Assembly: GCA_963755915.1 (NCBI GenBank)
Contig: CAVWLP010000003.1
Coordinates: 1,376,001 to 1,440,000 of the forward strand
From: an uncultured Phycisphaerales bacterium
GTDB lineage: Bacteria > Planctomycetota > Phycisphaerae > Tepidisphaerales > Tepidisphaeraceae
Reading direction: 5' to 3'
DNA length: 64,000 nt
The notes beneath the pieces are model-generated. The model had not been told where the DNA came from. It saw only the letters and a program-made list of their open reading frames with translations, and did no database searches. The translations under genes and the position numbers were made by a program. Within the stretch, counting starts at the first letter, position 1. The number at the start of each line of letters is the position of its first letter. This document shows positions 10,273-20,074 of the stretch, one piece after another.

Positions 10273-10871
10273 CTATTTCGCGGCAAAAACGCGGCCCAAA
10301 TCAAGGGAAAACCCTGGAAGCTGCGTGGTCGTATATTTCTGGGAGGTCTTAACAATCCTGGGCTTCCATTGTCCGCGCCAGCGAACCAGGGCGGTCATCT
10401 GTTGTTTCTGCGCATCAACGATCCAGTATTCGTCAATACCGAATTCAAGATATTCATCCGGCTTTTCGTGGTAATCACGTTTCGCCGAACTCGGCGAAAC
10501 AACTTCGATCACGATCTGCGGCACCCATAGTGACCACACATCATCAAGGTCCGGTGGCGGCGTACAGTAAACAGAAAGGTCCGGATGTCGCTCTGATTGA
10601 ACCGATGCAATTAGAATTTTGCTTTCCAGCGAACTGCTGATTGTATGAATTATGCCCTTATGTGACTCCTGATAAACAACGAGCTGGTTTCGAATCGCCT
10701 GGACTTGGGCCAGATGCCTGAAGTTGGGCACGTCCACCATCTCGATGACTCCCTTATTGAGCTCAAAGTGTTGCCCATCGCGCAAATCGCTCGATCGAAA
10801 CGATCGAGCGACATTCGGCGGCCGTGGTCCTGGGGCCCAATGGTCACTTGTTTGCGCATCGCCGTCGGCAT
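10273..10871 (-). CDS. Uma2 family endonuclease-like protein (frameshift near 10780)
   Basis: HPDLSVY, IVIEVVSPSSAKRDYHEK..EY...GIDEYWIVD; N-terminus MPTAMRK in ORF 10650-10871. Confidence 0.85.
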
Positions 10872-10914
10872 GACAACACCTCAGAGCGAATAGATTATAG
10901 CAAGATCAAATGTC

Positions 10915-13218
10915 TCAGCGGCGATCTCTGCCACCGCGGTCGCCACCACGTCCGCCTCCCCCACCGCCGCGGGGACCGCGGTCGCCGCCACCGCCACCGC
11001 GATGGCCGCCACCATGCCCGCGATCGCCACCGCCGCGGTCGTCGTGGTGGCCGCCTTCGTCGCCACTGCCGACGGGTGCGCCTTCGGGTTCGGGGTCGCT
11101 GATGCCTTCATCCTTCATGGCGGCTTTGCGGCTGAGTTTAATGCGGCCCTGGTCGTCGATGAGGATGACCTTGACGTGAATTTCGTCGCCGATGTTGACG
11201 AAATCGGTGACGTTCTGGACGTAGCGGTCGGAGAGTTCGGAGACGTGGCACAGGCCGTCGGTTTCGGGGGCGATTTCGACGAAGGCGCCGAATTCCTTGA
11301 TGCTGACGACTCTGCCGGTGTAGATCTTTCCGACCTTCACCTCGGCGGTCATGGCCTCGACGATGTCGCGTGCCTTTTCGGCGGATTCCTGGTCGACGGA
11401 GCTGATGAAGACGGTGCCGTCGTCCTCGATGTCGATCTGGGCGCCGGTGTCTTCCTGGAGCTTCTTGATGTTCTTGCCGCCGGGGCCGATGAGCTTGCCG
11501 ATCTTTTCCGGATCGATCTTGACGGTGAGAAGGCGCGGGGCGTATTTGCTGATTTCCGGCCTCGGGCCGGGGAGGACGGCTGCCATCTTGTCGAGGATGG
11601 TCAGGCGCGCCTCGCTGGCGCGCTGGAGGGTGTCGCGGATGATCGTATAGTCGATGCCCTCGGTCTTGATGTCGAGCTGGATGGCGGTGATACCGTCGCG
11701 GGTGCCGCAGACTTTGAAGTCCATGTCTCCGAAATGATCTTCCTCGCCGATGATGTCGGTGAGGAGTGCGGAGCGGTCGCCCTCTTTGACGAGGCCGACG
11801 GAGATTCCGGCGACGGGCTTGGTGATGGGTACGCCGGCGTCCATAAGTGCTAGGCATCCGCCGCAACTGCTGGCCATGGAGCTGGAGCCGTTGGATTCGA
11901 GGATGTCGCTGATGATTCGCACGGTGTAGGGGAACTGCTCGATGCCCGGGAGGACGGCGACGAGGCTGCGTTCGGCGAGCGCGCCGTGGCCGATCTCGCG
12001 GCGGCCGGGGCCGCGGATGGGGCGAACTTCGCCCACGCTGTAGCTGGGGAAGTTGTAGTGGAGCATGAATTTCTGGCTGTATTCGTCAATCAGGCCGTCG
12101 ACGAGCTGTTCGTCGCTGCTGGTGCCGAGAGTGACAGTACACATGGCCTGGGTTTCGCCGCGGGTGAAGACGGCGGAGCCGTGAACGCGGGGAAGGACGC
12201 CGACCTCGCAGGAGATGGGGCGGATGCTGTGGTAGTCGCGGCCGTCGGGCCGGACGCCGGAGAGAATCGCCTCGCGGGTGACCTGCTCTTCGACCTCGAC
12301 GAAAATATTGCGGACCTGCTTTTGTTTATCGCGGGTGGCAAGGATCGATTGATAGCTGGCGTTGGGATCGGTGATGGGCGGGGCCATCTCGGCGATGAGG
12401 TCTTCACGAACCTGGTCGATGGCGTCGGCGCGATCGCTCTTGCCGGCCTTGCCCTTGATCTCGCGGATTTTGTCGGTGACGCGGGCGCGGATGGCGTCGA
12501 CGAAGCCGGCATCGGGATGCTTAATCTCGCCGACTTTCGGCTTGGCGGCCTTGGATTGCAGTTCTTCGATCATGCCGACGATTTCGACGACGGCCTTGTG
12601 GCCGAACTCGATGGCATCGGCGACGACGTCTTCCTTCACCTCGCGGCCGCCGAGCTCGATCATATTGACGAAATGCTTGGTTCCGGCGACGACGAGGTCC
12701 ATGTCGCTGTATTCAAGCTGCTCGACGGTGGGGTTGAGGACCAACAGCCCATCGACGCGTCCGACGCGGGCGTGGGCGGTGGGGGTCAGGAAGGGGATGT
12801 CGCTGATGGCGACGGCGGCGCTGGCGGCGATGCCGGAGAAAATGTCCGGGTCGTTTTCGCCGTCGAAGGCGAGGACGTTGAGATGGATCTGCACCTCGTC
12901 CATGAATCCCTTGGGGAAGAGCGGGCGAAGTGGCCGGTCGATGAGACGGGCGGTGAGGATTTCCTTGGTGGTGGGCCGGCCTTCGCGCTTCATGAACCCA
13001 CCGGGGAATTTACCGGCGGCGGCGCGGCGCTCGCGGTAATCCACCTGGAGAGGGAAAAAGTCGATCCCTTCGCGCGGCTTGGCGCGAACGACGGCGGCGA
13101 AAACAACCGTGTCTCCATACTGGACGGTGACGGCGCCGTCGGCGAGCTTGGCGTAGGTACCGGTCTCGATGGCGAGCGTACGCCCGCCGAGCTGCCTTTC
13201 AACTCGAATGGCTTGCAT
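10915..13218 (-). CDS. pnp: Polyribonucleotide nucleotidyltransferase
   Basis: DFFPLQVDY, RLIDRPLRPLF, FTRGETQ, GRREIGHG, SNGSSSMAS, DHFGDMDFKV, KH and S1 domains, RGG-rich tail. Confidence 0.98.
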   Translation of the reverse strand: MQAIRVERQLGGRTLAIETGTYAKLADGAVTVQYGDTVVFAAVVRAKPREGIDFFPLQVDYRERRAAAGKFPGGFMKREGRPTTKEILTARLIDRPLRPLFPKGFMDEVQIHLNVLAFDGENDPDIFSGIAASAAVAISDIPFLTPTAHARVGRVDGLLVLNPTVEQLEYSDMDLVVAGTKHFVNMIELGGREVKEDVVADAIEFGHKAVVEIVGMIEELQSKAAKPKVGEIKHPDAGFVDAIRARVTDKIREIKGKAGKSDRADAIDQVREDLIAEMAPPITDPNASYQSILATRDKQKQVRNIFVEVEEQVTREAILSGVRPDGRDYHSIRPISCEVGVLPRVHGSAVFTRGETQAMCTVTLGTSSDEQLVDGLIDEYSQKFMLHYNFPSYSVGEVRPIRGPGRREIGHGALAERSLVAVLPGIEQFPYTVRIISDILESNGSSSMASSCGGCLALMDAGVPITKPVAGISVGLVKEGDRSALLTDIIGEEDHFGDMDFKVCGTRDGITAIQLDIKTEGIDYTIIRDTLQRASEARLTILDKMAAVLPGPRPEISKYAPRLLTVKIDPEKIGKLIGPGGKNIKKLQEDTGAQIDIEDDGTVFISSVDQESAEKARDIVEAMTAEVKVGKIYTGRVVSIKEFGAFVEIAPETDGLCHVSELSDRYVQNVTDFVNIGDEIHVKVILIDDQGRIKLSRKAAMKDEGISDPEPEGAPVGSGDEGGHHDDRGGGDRGHGGGHRGGGGGDRGPRGGGGGGRGGDRGGRDRR

Positions 13219-13284
13219 GAAAAATAACCTTTATGCGGCCCCGGTTTGGTGAATGAATCGAGCCAGAAGATGGGGGGAAGACCC

Positions 13285-13380
13285 AGTTGCGAGTTTCGAG
13301 TTGGGGATTGCGAGAATTGCCCCCACGGCATTTCCACCGGGGCCATTCGATCGCAACGCGCAACTCGCTACTCGCAACTC
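13285..13380. repeat. Heptamer-based imperfect inverted repeat in the rpsO-pnp spacer
   Basis: agttgcgagtttcgagttggggattgcga ... tcgcaacgcgcaactcgctactcgcaact. Confidence 0.7.
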
Positions 13381-13461
13381 ATTCGCATCCGTGGCTAAGC
13401 ATATTTGCCGGCCGACCCCTTTACGCCGGGGCTGCATTGGCGGATAGGTAGGCCGGCAAAC

Positions 13462-13487
13462 AAAAAGGCACGGCCAATTGCCGTGCC
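13462..13487 (-). terminator. Intrinsic terminator after rpsO
   Basis: Minus strand GGCACGGC-AATTG-GCCGTGCC-TTTTT, 11 nt after the rpsO stop. Confidence 0.8.
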
Positions 13488-13498
13488 CATAAATAACC

Positions 13499-13768
13499 CT
13501 ATTTTCTCAATCCCAGCCGTCCGATGATCTGCTGATATCTGGTGCGGTCTTCCCGCGTGAGATATTTGAGCAATTGATTTCGCCGGCTGACTAGTTTTAA
13601 CAGTCCCCGCCGGGATGAATGGTCCTTCTTGTGCGCGTCGAAATGCCCGCGGAGATGGTTGATCCGCTCGGTGAGCAAAGCGATCTGCACTTCAGGAGAA
13701 CCCGTATCCTTGGCGTGAATTTTGTAATCGGTGACGATTTTCTGTTTCTGCGTGGCCGTGATAGACAT
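13499..13768 (-). CDS. rpsO: 30S ribosomal protein S15
   Basis: 89 aa from [37 protein letters not shown]; upstream of pnp. Confidence 0.98.
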   Translation of the reverse strand: MSITATQKQKIVTDYKIHAKDTGSPEVQIALLTERINHLRGHFDAHKKDHSSRRGLLKLVSRRNQLLKYLTREDRTRYQQIIGRLGLRK

Positions 13769-13930
13769 CTGAATGATCTCCCAGACACCAGGTAAGCCAG
13801 TTTCTTTATCGCCGCGGGACTGCCCGGGCGTTCCGGCCTGCCGGTCATAAAGGGTTCCGCCACGGGGATTTGGGCGAGAGAAGCCGAGGCCCCCGATGCC
13901 GCACCGGCGGCATAGCGGAAAGAGAGAAAG

Positions 13931-13959
13931 AGGATATGGGGGATCGCGTGACCGGTCAA
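13931..13959 (-). promoter_or_regulatory. Sigma70-like promoter of rpsO
   Basis: TTGACC-N17-TATCCT on the minus strand, giving a ~155-nt leader. Confidence 0.6.
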
Positions 13960-13999
13960 GGGCGAGCAATACCCGTTTGGTCACGGCTTCTTCCTTTCA

Positions 14000-14038
14000 C
14001 CCTCCCTGGTACTCCGGGGGGAGGGGTGGGGAGGGGGC
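14000..14038. repeat. REP-like palindrome, family A (left arm of nuclease cassette)
   Basis: ccctccctggtactccggggggaggggtggggagggggc; homologous to 36048-36088. Confidence 0.8.
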
Positions 14039-14135
14039 TCTCGCAGTTCGTTCCCCGCTGCTGCGATTGCTGAGCCTAATGGCGCGAGTGAAATGCCAAA
14101 TTGAAACGCCCGCCCGCAAAGAGCAAAATACTTAT

Positions 14136-14525
14136 ATGACGCAATACTCAGGGGAATCTCTTCGGGGTTACGGTCGCGAGGCTTACCTGCGCGACCGATT
14201 CAAGTGTCAATACTGCGGCTTTGATGGTCGTGATTTTCTCGGCTGGATGCAACTTTCGGTGGACCACATTGTGCCCCGCGGCGCCGGGGGCGCCGACGAT
14301 CTTGATAACCTCGCGACCTGTTGCCACTCCTGCAACTCGATCACAAGCCGGATGAACTTTGCACCCGCGACTCCCAAGGACGAAATAATTCGACAAAAGA
14401 TTCAGCGTGTGCGAAGCCGCCATCAAGAGTGTCTGGAGTTTTGGAAAGCCAACGTCGTTCAAACTTATTTGCGAGAAATACCACCAGCCCAATCGGAAAG
14501 TCCTATTCGGTCCGCGGTCCTCTGA
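14136..14525 (+). CDS. HNH endonuclease
   Basis: RDRFKCQYCG...VDHIVPRGAGGADDLDNLATCCHSCN. TTGAAA-N17-CAAAAT ends 6 nt before the ATG, suggesting a leaderless mRNA. Confidence 0.9.
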   Translation: MTQYSGESLRGYGREAYLRDRFKCQYCGFDGRDFLGWMQLSVDHIVPRGAGGADDLDNLATCCHSCNSITSRMNFAPATPKDEIIRQKIQRVRSRHQECLEFWKANVVQTYLREIPPAQSESPIRSAVL

Positions 14526-14553
14526 CCGACGCAACTGCCGGGATCGTGCGGCT

Positions 14554-15030
14554 ATGTCAAACTCAACATTAATTCATTGCACGCAGGCGCTCCGTGACCT
14601 TTGGCCATCACCGCTCGCAACATTGTGGCGGCAACAATATCCAAATATCATTGATGAAGACGATTTGAGGATTACGACACATCAGCCCAGTTATCATTTT
14701 TGCGAATGGTTTGCAGCGATTCATTTATTCCAACGTGATGGCGTGCACGCACTAATCGAAAAATATATTTACGCCAACCATCCGAAGAAGATTTCTCAGC
14801 TGTCGGCGATTCTTGGCCAACAAAAACTAAACCGTCTTATGAGCATCTGCGAAGGACTCCACGTTCAACCCCCGGATCTGTTCCTTTATGTTCCGGGCGG
14901 CACGCGTTGTGGTTTTGCTGAAATAAAAGGGCCAAAGGACCGAATTTCTGACGCACAACTTCAGAGTCACGTTCGAATCTCCGAGGAGCTTGATTTACCG
15001 GTCGAAATCTTCGAAGTCGCAATTCGATAA
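14554..15030 (+). CDS. VRR-NUC / PD-(D/E)XK nuclease domain protein
   Basis: PPDLFLY...FAEIKGPKDRISDAQ motif; visibly AT-richer than neighbouring genes. Confidence 0.8.
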   Translation: MSNSTLIHCTQALRDLWPSPLATLWRQQYPNIIDEDDLRITTHQPSYHFCEWFAAIHLFQRDGVHALIEKYIYANHPKKISQLSAILGQQKLNRLMSICEGLHVQPPDLFLYVPGGTRCGFAEIKGPKDRISDAQLQSHVRISEELDLPVEIFEVAIR

Positions 15031-15335
15031 TCCAAGTAGAATTGAAGGTGTACGGAACTTCGTAATTCGATCGCAAAGCCCTCACTCTTCCTGATCCCTT
15101 TCTGTAAATTTTTGCCCAACCGCACCTTTTTCAAATCGCGTTTATTCGTTTCGGGTTCACGGCGAAGGGGAGGAGAAACTGCTGCGGAACACAATTTATG
15201 CGGCGGTTGGGCGTTTACTATGTGGAGTAGGTGTGCCCCGCGAGGGCCGAATTGCGGTATAACTCTGAGGCCATTGCGGAGATGGATACGTTCATGGTTT
15301 TTAGAAATCCAGTCGGTTGGCTGAAATCCATTGCA

Positions 15336-15405
15336 GCCCCCATCCTCACCCTACCCTCTTCGAGCCTGAGCCTCAGAGCCGAAGGCCGGAGTACCAGGGG
15401 AGGGA
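15336..15405. repeat. REP-like palindrome, family A (right arm, inverted), interrupted by a ~27-bp element
   Basis: cctcaccctaccct[cttcgagcctgagcctcagagccgaag]gccggagtaccaggggaggg; homologous to 36132-36172. Confidence 0.75.
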
Positions 15406-15431
15406 ATAACACGCAGGGTTGCGGGTCGGGC

Positions 15432-16764
15432 ATGGTGGGCAGTCTTGCAGCGTTCGTGATGCCGTTGCTCTGCCTCGCTGGATTCGTCCGCGGTGGGGAT
15501 AACCAAGCGGCCCCCGCCCTGCCACAGATCTCGCAGCGGGTGTTTGTGATCACCGATTTCGGCGCATCCACAAGGCCCTCAACCGACGCCTCCGCCCTCA
15601 TCCAAAAAGCGATTAACGCCGCCTCGGCGGCGGGTGGGGGGATCGTCGAAGTGCCGAAGGGGGAATTTGTCTCGGGGCCACTGCGGATGGCAAATGGGAT
15701 CGATCTGCGGATCGATGAAGGAGCTACACTGAAAATGCTCCCGATCGATAAATATCCCGGCGGGACCCGCAATCCGCAGAGCTTCATCAGCGGGCAGACG
15801 CTCCACGACATCGCCATCACCGGCAGCGGCACCATCGACGGCCAGGGCGCACCCTGGTGGCCGCTCGTCAAGAAACAGCCGAACATTCGCCGCCCCCGTA
15901 TGATCGCGCTCAGCGGCTGCAATCGCATCCTCATCGAAGGTGTCACCCTGCAGAACTCGCCCATGTTTCACATCGCCATCAGCGGACACTCCACCAACGT
16001 CACGGTCCGCGGCGTAACCATCCTGCGCCCCAGCCTCCACCGACGCCAAAAATCCCAGCCATAACACCGATGCCTGCGATGTCTCCGGCTCCCATGTGCT
16101 CATCGAAAACTGTAACGTGAGCGTTGGGGACGATAATTTCACCTGCGGGGGTGGAACGTCGGACGTGCTGATCCGAAACTGCACCTACGGCTTCGGCCAC
16201 GGTGTCTCCGTCGGCAGCCCGACGGGCGGGGGTGTTTCCGACATCACGGTCGAGAACTGCACTTTCAAGAACACGGAGTGCGGAATCCGCATCAAGTCCG
16301 ACCGCGGCCGCGGTGGGATCGTCCAACACCTCACTTACAGAAACCTTCAGATGACCAACGTCGGCATCCCCATCCTCATCTACGCGGAATACATGGCCAG
16401 GGCGAGGGAATACCGCGACCTGGTCGATATTACCGCGCCCATCGCCACCACCTACCCCTCCCGTGAGATGTCCTCGCGAACCCCCGTCTACCGCGACATC
16501 ACGTTCAGTGACATCACCGCCACTACCGCCCCCGGACAGCGGGCGGGCCTGATTTGGGGTTTGCCAGAGGCGCCGGCTTCTAAAATACTTCTGCATAACG
16601 TGACCATCACGGCGGATAAGCCGTTTGGGATTTACAATGCGAAGGGGGTGCAGATGGAAAACTGCAACATCGTCACGCCGGGGGAGAAGGGGAAGAGCGT
16701 CTCCGTGGGGAATGCGGAGGTGACTTTTTCAGCGGCGGCGACGGGGCCGGATATTCACGAATAA
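15432..16764 (+). CDS. Glycoside hydrolase family 28 (polygalacturonase-like; frameshift near 16025)
   Basis: GTIDGQG..WW, RPR, NSPMFH, then NTD, GDD, GHG.SVGS, RIKS motifs across ORFs 15231-16064 and 16096-16764. Confidence 0.9.
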
Positions 16765-16937
16765 TCTCCGGCGAGGGGCGAAACGCGCACCGCTAGATGA
16801 GATGACGTTGCGCTTTGGGGGTTGCGGCAAAACGGGATCGTTGCGGGCGCCAATTCAGCAAAAACATTCTTGATCTGGGATCGTCTGCAATGGAGAATGG
16901 TTGTGGACGTTTGGAGCCGCGCGACTCCGGAGGCCAT

Positions 16938-17369
16938 ATGCCGCACGATCTGCGATTGCTTTCGCGAAAATGGTTCGAGGAAGTCTGGAACGAGCGCAGC
17001 GCCGCGGCGATCGATCAGATGGCGGCGGCGGATGTGATCATCTACGGGCTCACGGAAGACGGTCAGCCGGCCCACGGCACCGGGTCGTTCAAGCAATTTT
17101 GGAAATCCTTTCTCTCGGCGTTTCCGGACTTGAAGGTGAGCGTTGAGGACGTTCTGCTTGAAGGCGACAAGACCGCGATCCGGATTGCTTTTGGCGGAAC
17201 CCATAGCGGCGAAGGCATCGGGATCCCGCCGACGAATCGGCGGTTTCGGTGCACGGCTATCATCATCGTCCTCTGGCGCGACGGGAAGATTGCGGAGTCG
17301 TGGAATGAATTCGACGCGGCGGGGATGATGCGGCAACTGCAAAATCCGGGTGCGCAGTTGCGGGCTTGA
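16938..17369 (+). CDS. SnoaL-like ester cyclase family protein
   Basis: WFEEVWN, AFPDL, EGDK, GTHSG...GIPPTNRR, DGKIAESW; SD GGAGG. Confidence 0.9.
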   Translation: MPHDLRLLSRKWFEEVWNERSAAAIDQMAAADVIIYGLTEDGQPAHGTGSFKQFWKSFLSAFPDLKVSVEDVLLEGDKTAIRIAFGGTHSGEGIGIPPTNRRFRCTAIIIVLWRDGKIAESWNEFDAAGMMRQLQNPGAQLRA

Positions 17370-17390
17370 AAGACGACTTGAACGGCATAA

Positions 17391-17421
17391 AAGCGCTTCC
17401 CTTCGGGGCGCGGCTAAACGG
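17391..17421. repeat. REP-like element, family B (GCGGCTAAACGG end)
   Basis: aagcgcttcccttcggggcgcggctaaacgg; relatives at 16780-16836 and 19881-19912/20075-20081. Confidence 0.6.
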
Positions 17422-17537
17422 GCTTGTTTATGTCGCGGGTTGGTCTTTGGTATGATGTGTCGTGCAAGCGCCGGCGAGTCGGGTCCCTCCTGACCCCGGC
17501 GCAACTCGCCATTTCGTTTTCGGCAGATGGAGGCAAC

Positions 17538-18616
17538 ATGTCGGATGACAGCACTCCTCGGCGTCGCCCGGTGGTTTGGGCTCGGCTGTTCGTGGAAATC
17601 CTTTTGGTCGCCGCGATCGCGGTTGTCATATACTTCGAATACGTCCGGCAGACGGCGCCGAAGCATCTGAGGCTGGCGCTGGTGACCTGGACGCAGGACC
17701 CGTTCTGGCAGCCGATGCTGCGCGGGCGCGGGATTATGCGGAGAAATCGAATATTGATCTGACGATCGTGCAGTCGAAGCCTTCGGTGGACGAGCAGACG
17801 CAGGACATCCGGCAGGTGCTGGGGAGCGGGGTGGATGGGATTGCGATCAGTCCCAACGACGCGGGGGCGGAGCATGAGATTTTGAGCGATGCCGCCAGGC
17901 AGGTGCCGATGGTGACTTTTGATACGGATGCGCCGGATTGCGGCCGGAAGCGGTTTGTGGGGATCGACAACTATGCGGCGGGCCGGGTGTGTGCCGGGGA
18001 GATGATCGACGCGCTGCCGGGGGGCGGGCCGATATTGATTTCGGTGGGGAGCGTGACGCAGCAGCATGGGCGCGATCGGCGGCAGGGGGTGATCGATGAA
18101 TTGCTTGGGCGCGGGTTCAATCGAGATCGGGCGCCTGATGCGATCGACGCCAAGTTGCAGGGGCCGAAATATTCGGTGGTTTATACGGCGACGGATGGGG
18201 GCGTGCCGGAGAATGCGGTCGGGGCGATCGCCGCCGGGTTGCGGGCGCACCCGGAGGTGAAAGGGATCATCGGGCTGTTCAGCTACAGCGCGCCGGCGGC
18301 ACTGGCGGCGGTCAAGCAGGTCGGGCGGACGGATCCGATTGCTATTGTCGGGTTCGATGCCAGCGATGAAACGCAGGAGGCACTGGTAGCGGGGACGATT
18401 CACTCGTCGGTTCTGCAGGATTCGTATCGTGCGGGATACGAAACGATGGAGGTGCTTGCGAACGAGGCGCGGGGGGTGCCGCCGGGGCCGGCGGAGCTTT
18501 CGCCGATGCTGTACGTCGGGATCGACGTGCTGACGACGGACAACCTCGATCAGCTCCGGTCGGCGGGAAAGATTACGGCGCCGTCGGCCACGACCAGGCC
18601 GGATGCGTCGTCGTAG
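17538..18616 (+). CDS. Sugar-binding periplasmic protein (RbsB-like; frameshift near 17725)
   Basis: N-terminal TM, DPFWQ, VDGIAISP, VTFDTDAP, GIDNYAAG, IVGFD, Q.SYRAGY. Confidence 0.85.
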
Positions 18617-18866
18617 GCGGGAAATGCATCATCACCGCCCGCTTCGCAGGAGAGCGCGGAGATCGCTGAGAAAGATAGGAGGTTGGGGGGCTGTCGCGTG
18701 GTATAGCGGGTGCTGTTGGCATGTCCCAAGATTTCCCATTTTTTCTCATTTTGGAGGACTTTTTTCGGGGGATCGATGTGCGACGGCGCGGGGTCGGGGG
18801 CCGGTGCGGGGCGGTTCCCGATTTTTCCCACTTTTTCACACTTTTTTGGGCAAACGGGGTGGAGGG

Positions 18867-18918
18867 GATTTGAAATTTGAGATTTCAGATTTCAGATTTC
18901 AGATTTCAGATTTCAGAT
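18867..18918. repeat. Heptamer tandem repeat (GATTTCA)n
   Basis: gatttgaaatttga followed by five perfect GATTTCA units. Confidence 0.9.
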
Positions 18919-19140
18919 AAGGTACATAGACCCTCCGGCAGAAAAAACATGACGCGTCTATATACAGGTCCAAAAGGTGTACGTTTTGGACCTATTTTTG
19001 AAAATTCTGGGAATTTTTCTGAAAAAATTTTTTGGGGGTCGGTTGCCGTTAATGGGCTGGGCGCGCTGGTAAAACTTTGTCGGAATTTTTTGGTAAACGA
19101 TTACGTCGGTATACTGCGGGAACTGGCGATTGGAGAATTT

Positions 19141-19842
19141 ATGCGTTTTTGGATTGGGATTTTGGGTGCCGTGGTTTGTCTGATGATGGGGGCGGTTGTG
19201 TGGTCGCAGGATGCGGCGGCGCCGGACGATACGAACGTATCCACGGGAATCCAAATGCGGTCCAACGGGCAGCTTGCGATCGGGTCGATCACGGCGGAGA
19301 TCGCTCACTACGCGGACGACTGGAGCGAGACGATGCAGCACGATGCTTACACGCCCAAGGCCACTCCCACGACGCAGCCGGGGGCGTTTGTGCTGGATGG
19401 TCCGTTTGCGATGGATAGCGATACGTTCAATCTCAGCGAGCGGATTACGCCGGATAATGGGGGGATTCATTACGTCGCGGCGGTGACATCGGACAAGGGG
19501 GTGGAAACGAAAGAGCTGTCGCTGCAACTTCAGCTTTCGACGGACGATTTTGGGGGGAAGAAGGTGACGATTGATCAGGATGAGGTGAAGCTGCCGGCGG
19601 ATCCGCAGGCGAAGGGGCAGGCGCAGCTTGCGGCCAAGGATGGGGTGCATGAGATCGATATTCCGACTTCGGATGGGACGCTGGTGATTTCTTCATCGAG
19701 CGGGATGGACATTTATTTGCAGGACAACCGGGAGTGGGATGACGACCACTTTGGGCTGCGGATTCATTTCTCGCCAGCGGAGGGGCCGATCAAGAGCAGC
19801 GGGCTGGATCTGCAAATCAAGGTGAAGGGGGCGGGGAAGTGA
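19141..19842 (+). CDS. Hypothetical secreted protein (beta-rich)
   Basis: Signal peptide MRFWIGILGAVVCLMMGAVVWSQD; SD GGAG; TTQP linker. Confidence 0.7.
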   Translation: MRFWIGILGAVVCLMMGAVVWSQDAAAPDDTNVSTGIQMRSNGQLAIGSITAEIAHYADDWSETMQHDAYTPKATPTTQPGAFVLDGPFAMDSDTFNLSERITPDNGGIHYVAAVTSDKGVETKELSLQLQLSTDDFGGKKVTIDQDEVKLPADPQAKGQAQLAAKDGVHEIDIPTSDGTLVISSSSGMDIYLQDNREWDDDHFGLRIHFSPAEGPIKSSGLDLQIKVKGAGK

Positions 19843-19912
19843 TGGGTTTTTAAAGAGGGGACCACGATCCGGGGACTGGGGGAAACGCGCACCCCTGCGG
19901 GGTTGCGGCTAA

Positions 19913-20074
19913 GAAGCTGTTTCATAACCTCGCGCGGCCGCTGCTTGCGTCTGGCGAAGGCTGGCGGCGTTGCTCCTCCTCCCCATATTTCCGGTCAATA
20001 TTGTTCGTCGTCGCGCCTTGCCAGCATTCGCCAGCCGCGGCGCATCGGCTCGCGGGAGGTTATGAAACAGCTTC
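19913..20074. mobile_element. MITE-like non-autonomous element, 162 bp
   Basis: 19-bp perfect terminal inverted repeats GAAGCTGTTTCATAACCTC / GAGGTTATGAAACAGCTTC; TAA on both flanks (19910-12, 20075-77); internal self-complementarity. Confidence 0.8.

Noticed and set aside
11002-13227. Long antisense ORFs over pnp and many other genes
   Set aside because: Expected shadow ORFs in high-GC coding DNA, with no recognisable motifs.
18720-18850. Imperfect direct repeat (gatttcccattttttctca / gatttttcccactttttcaca)
   Set aside because: Low complexity and only two degenerate copies; no element can be defined.
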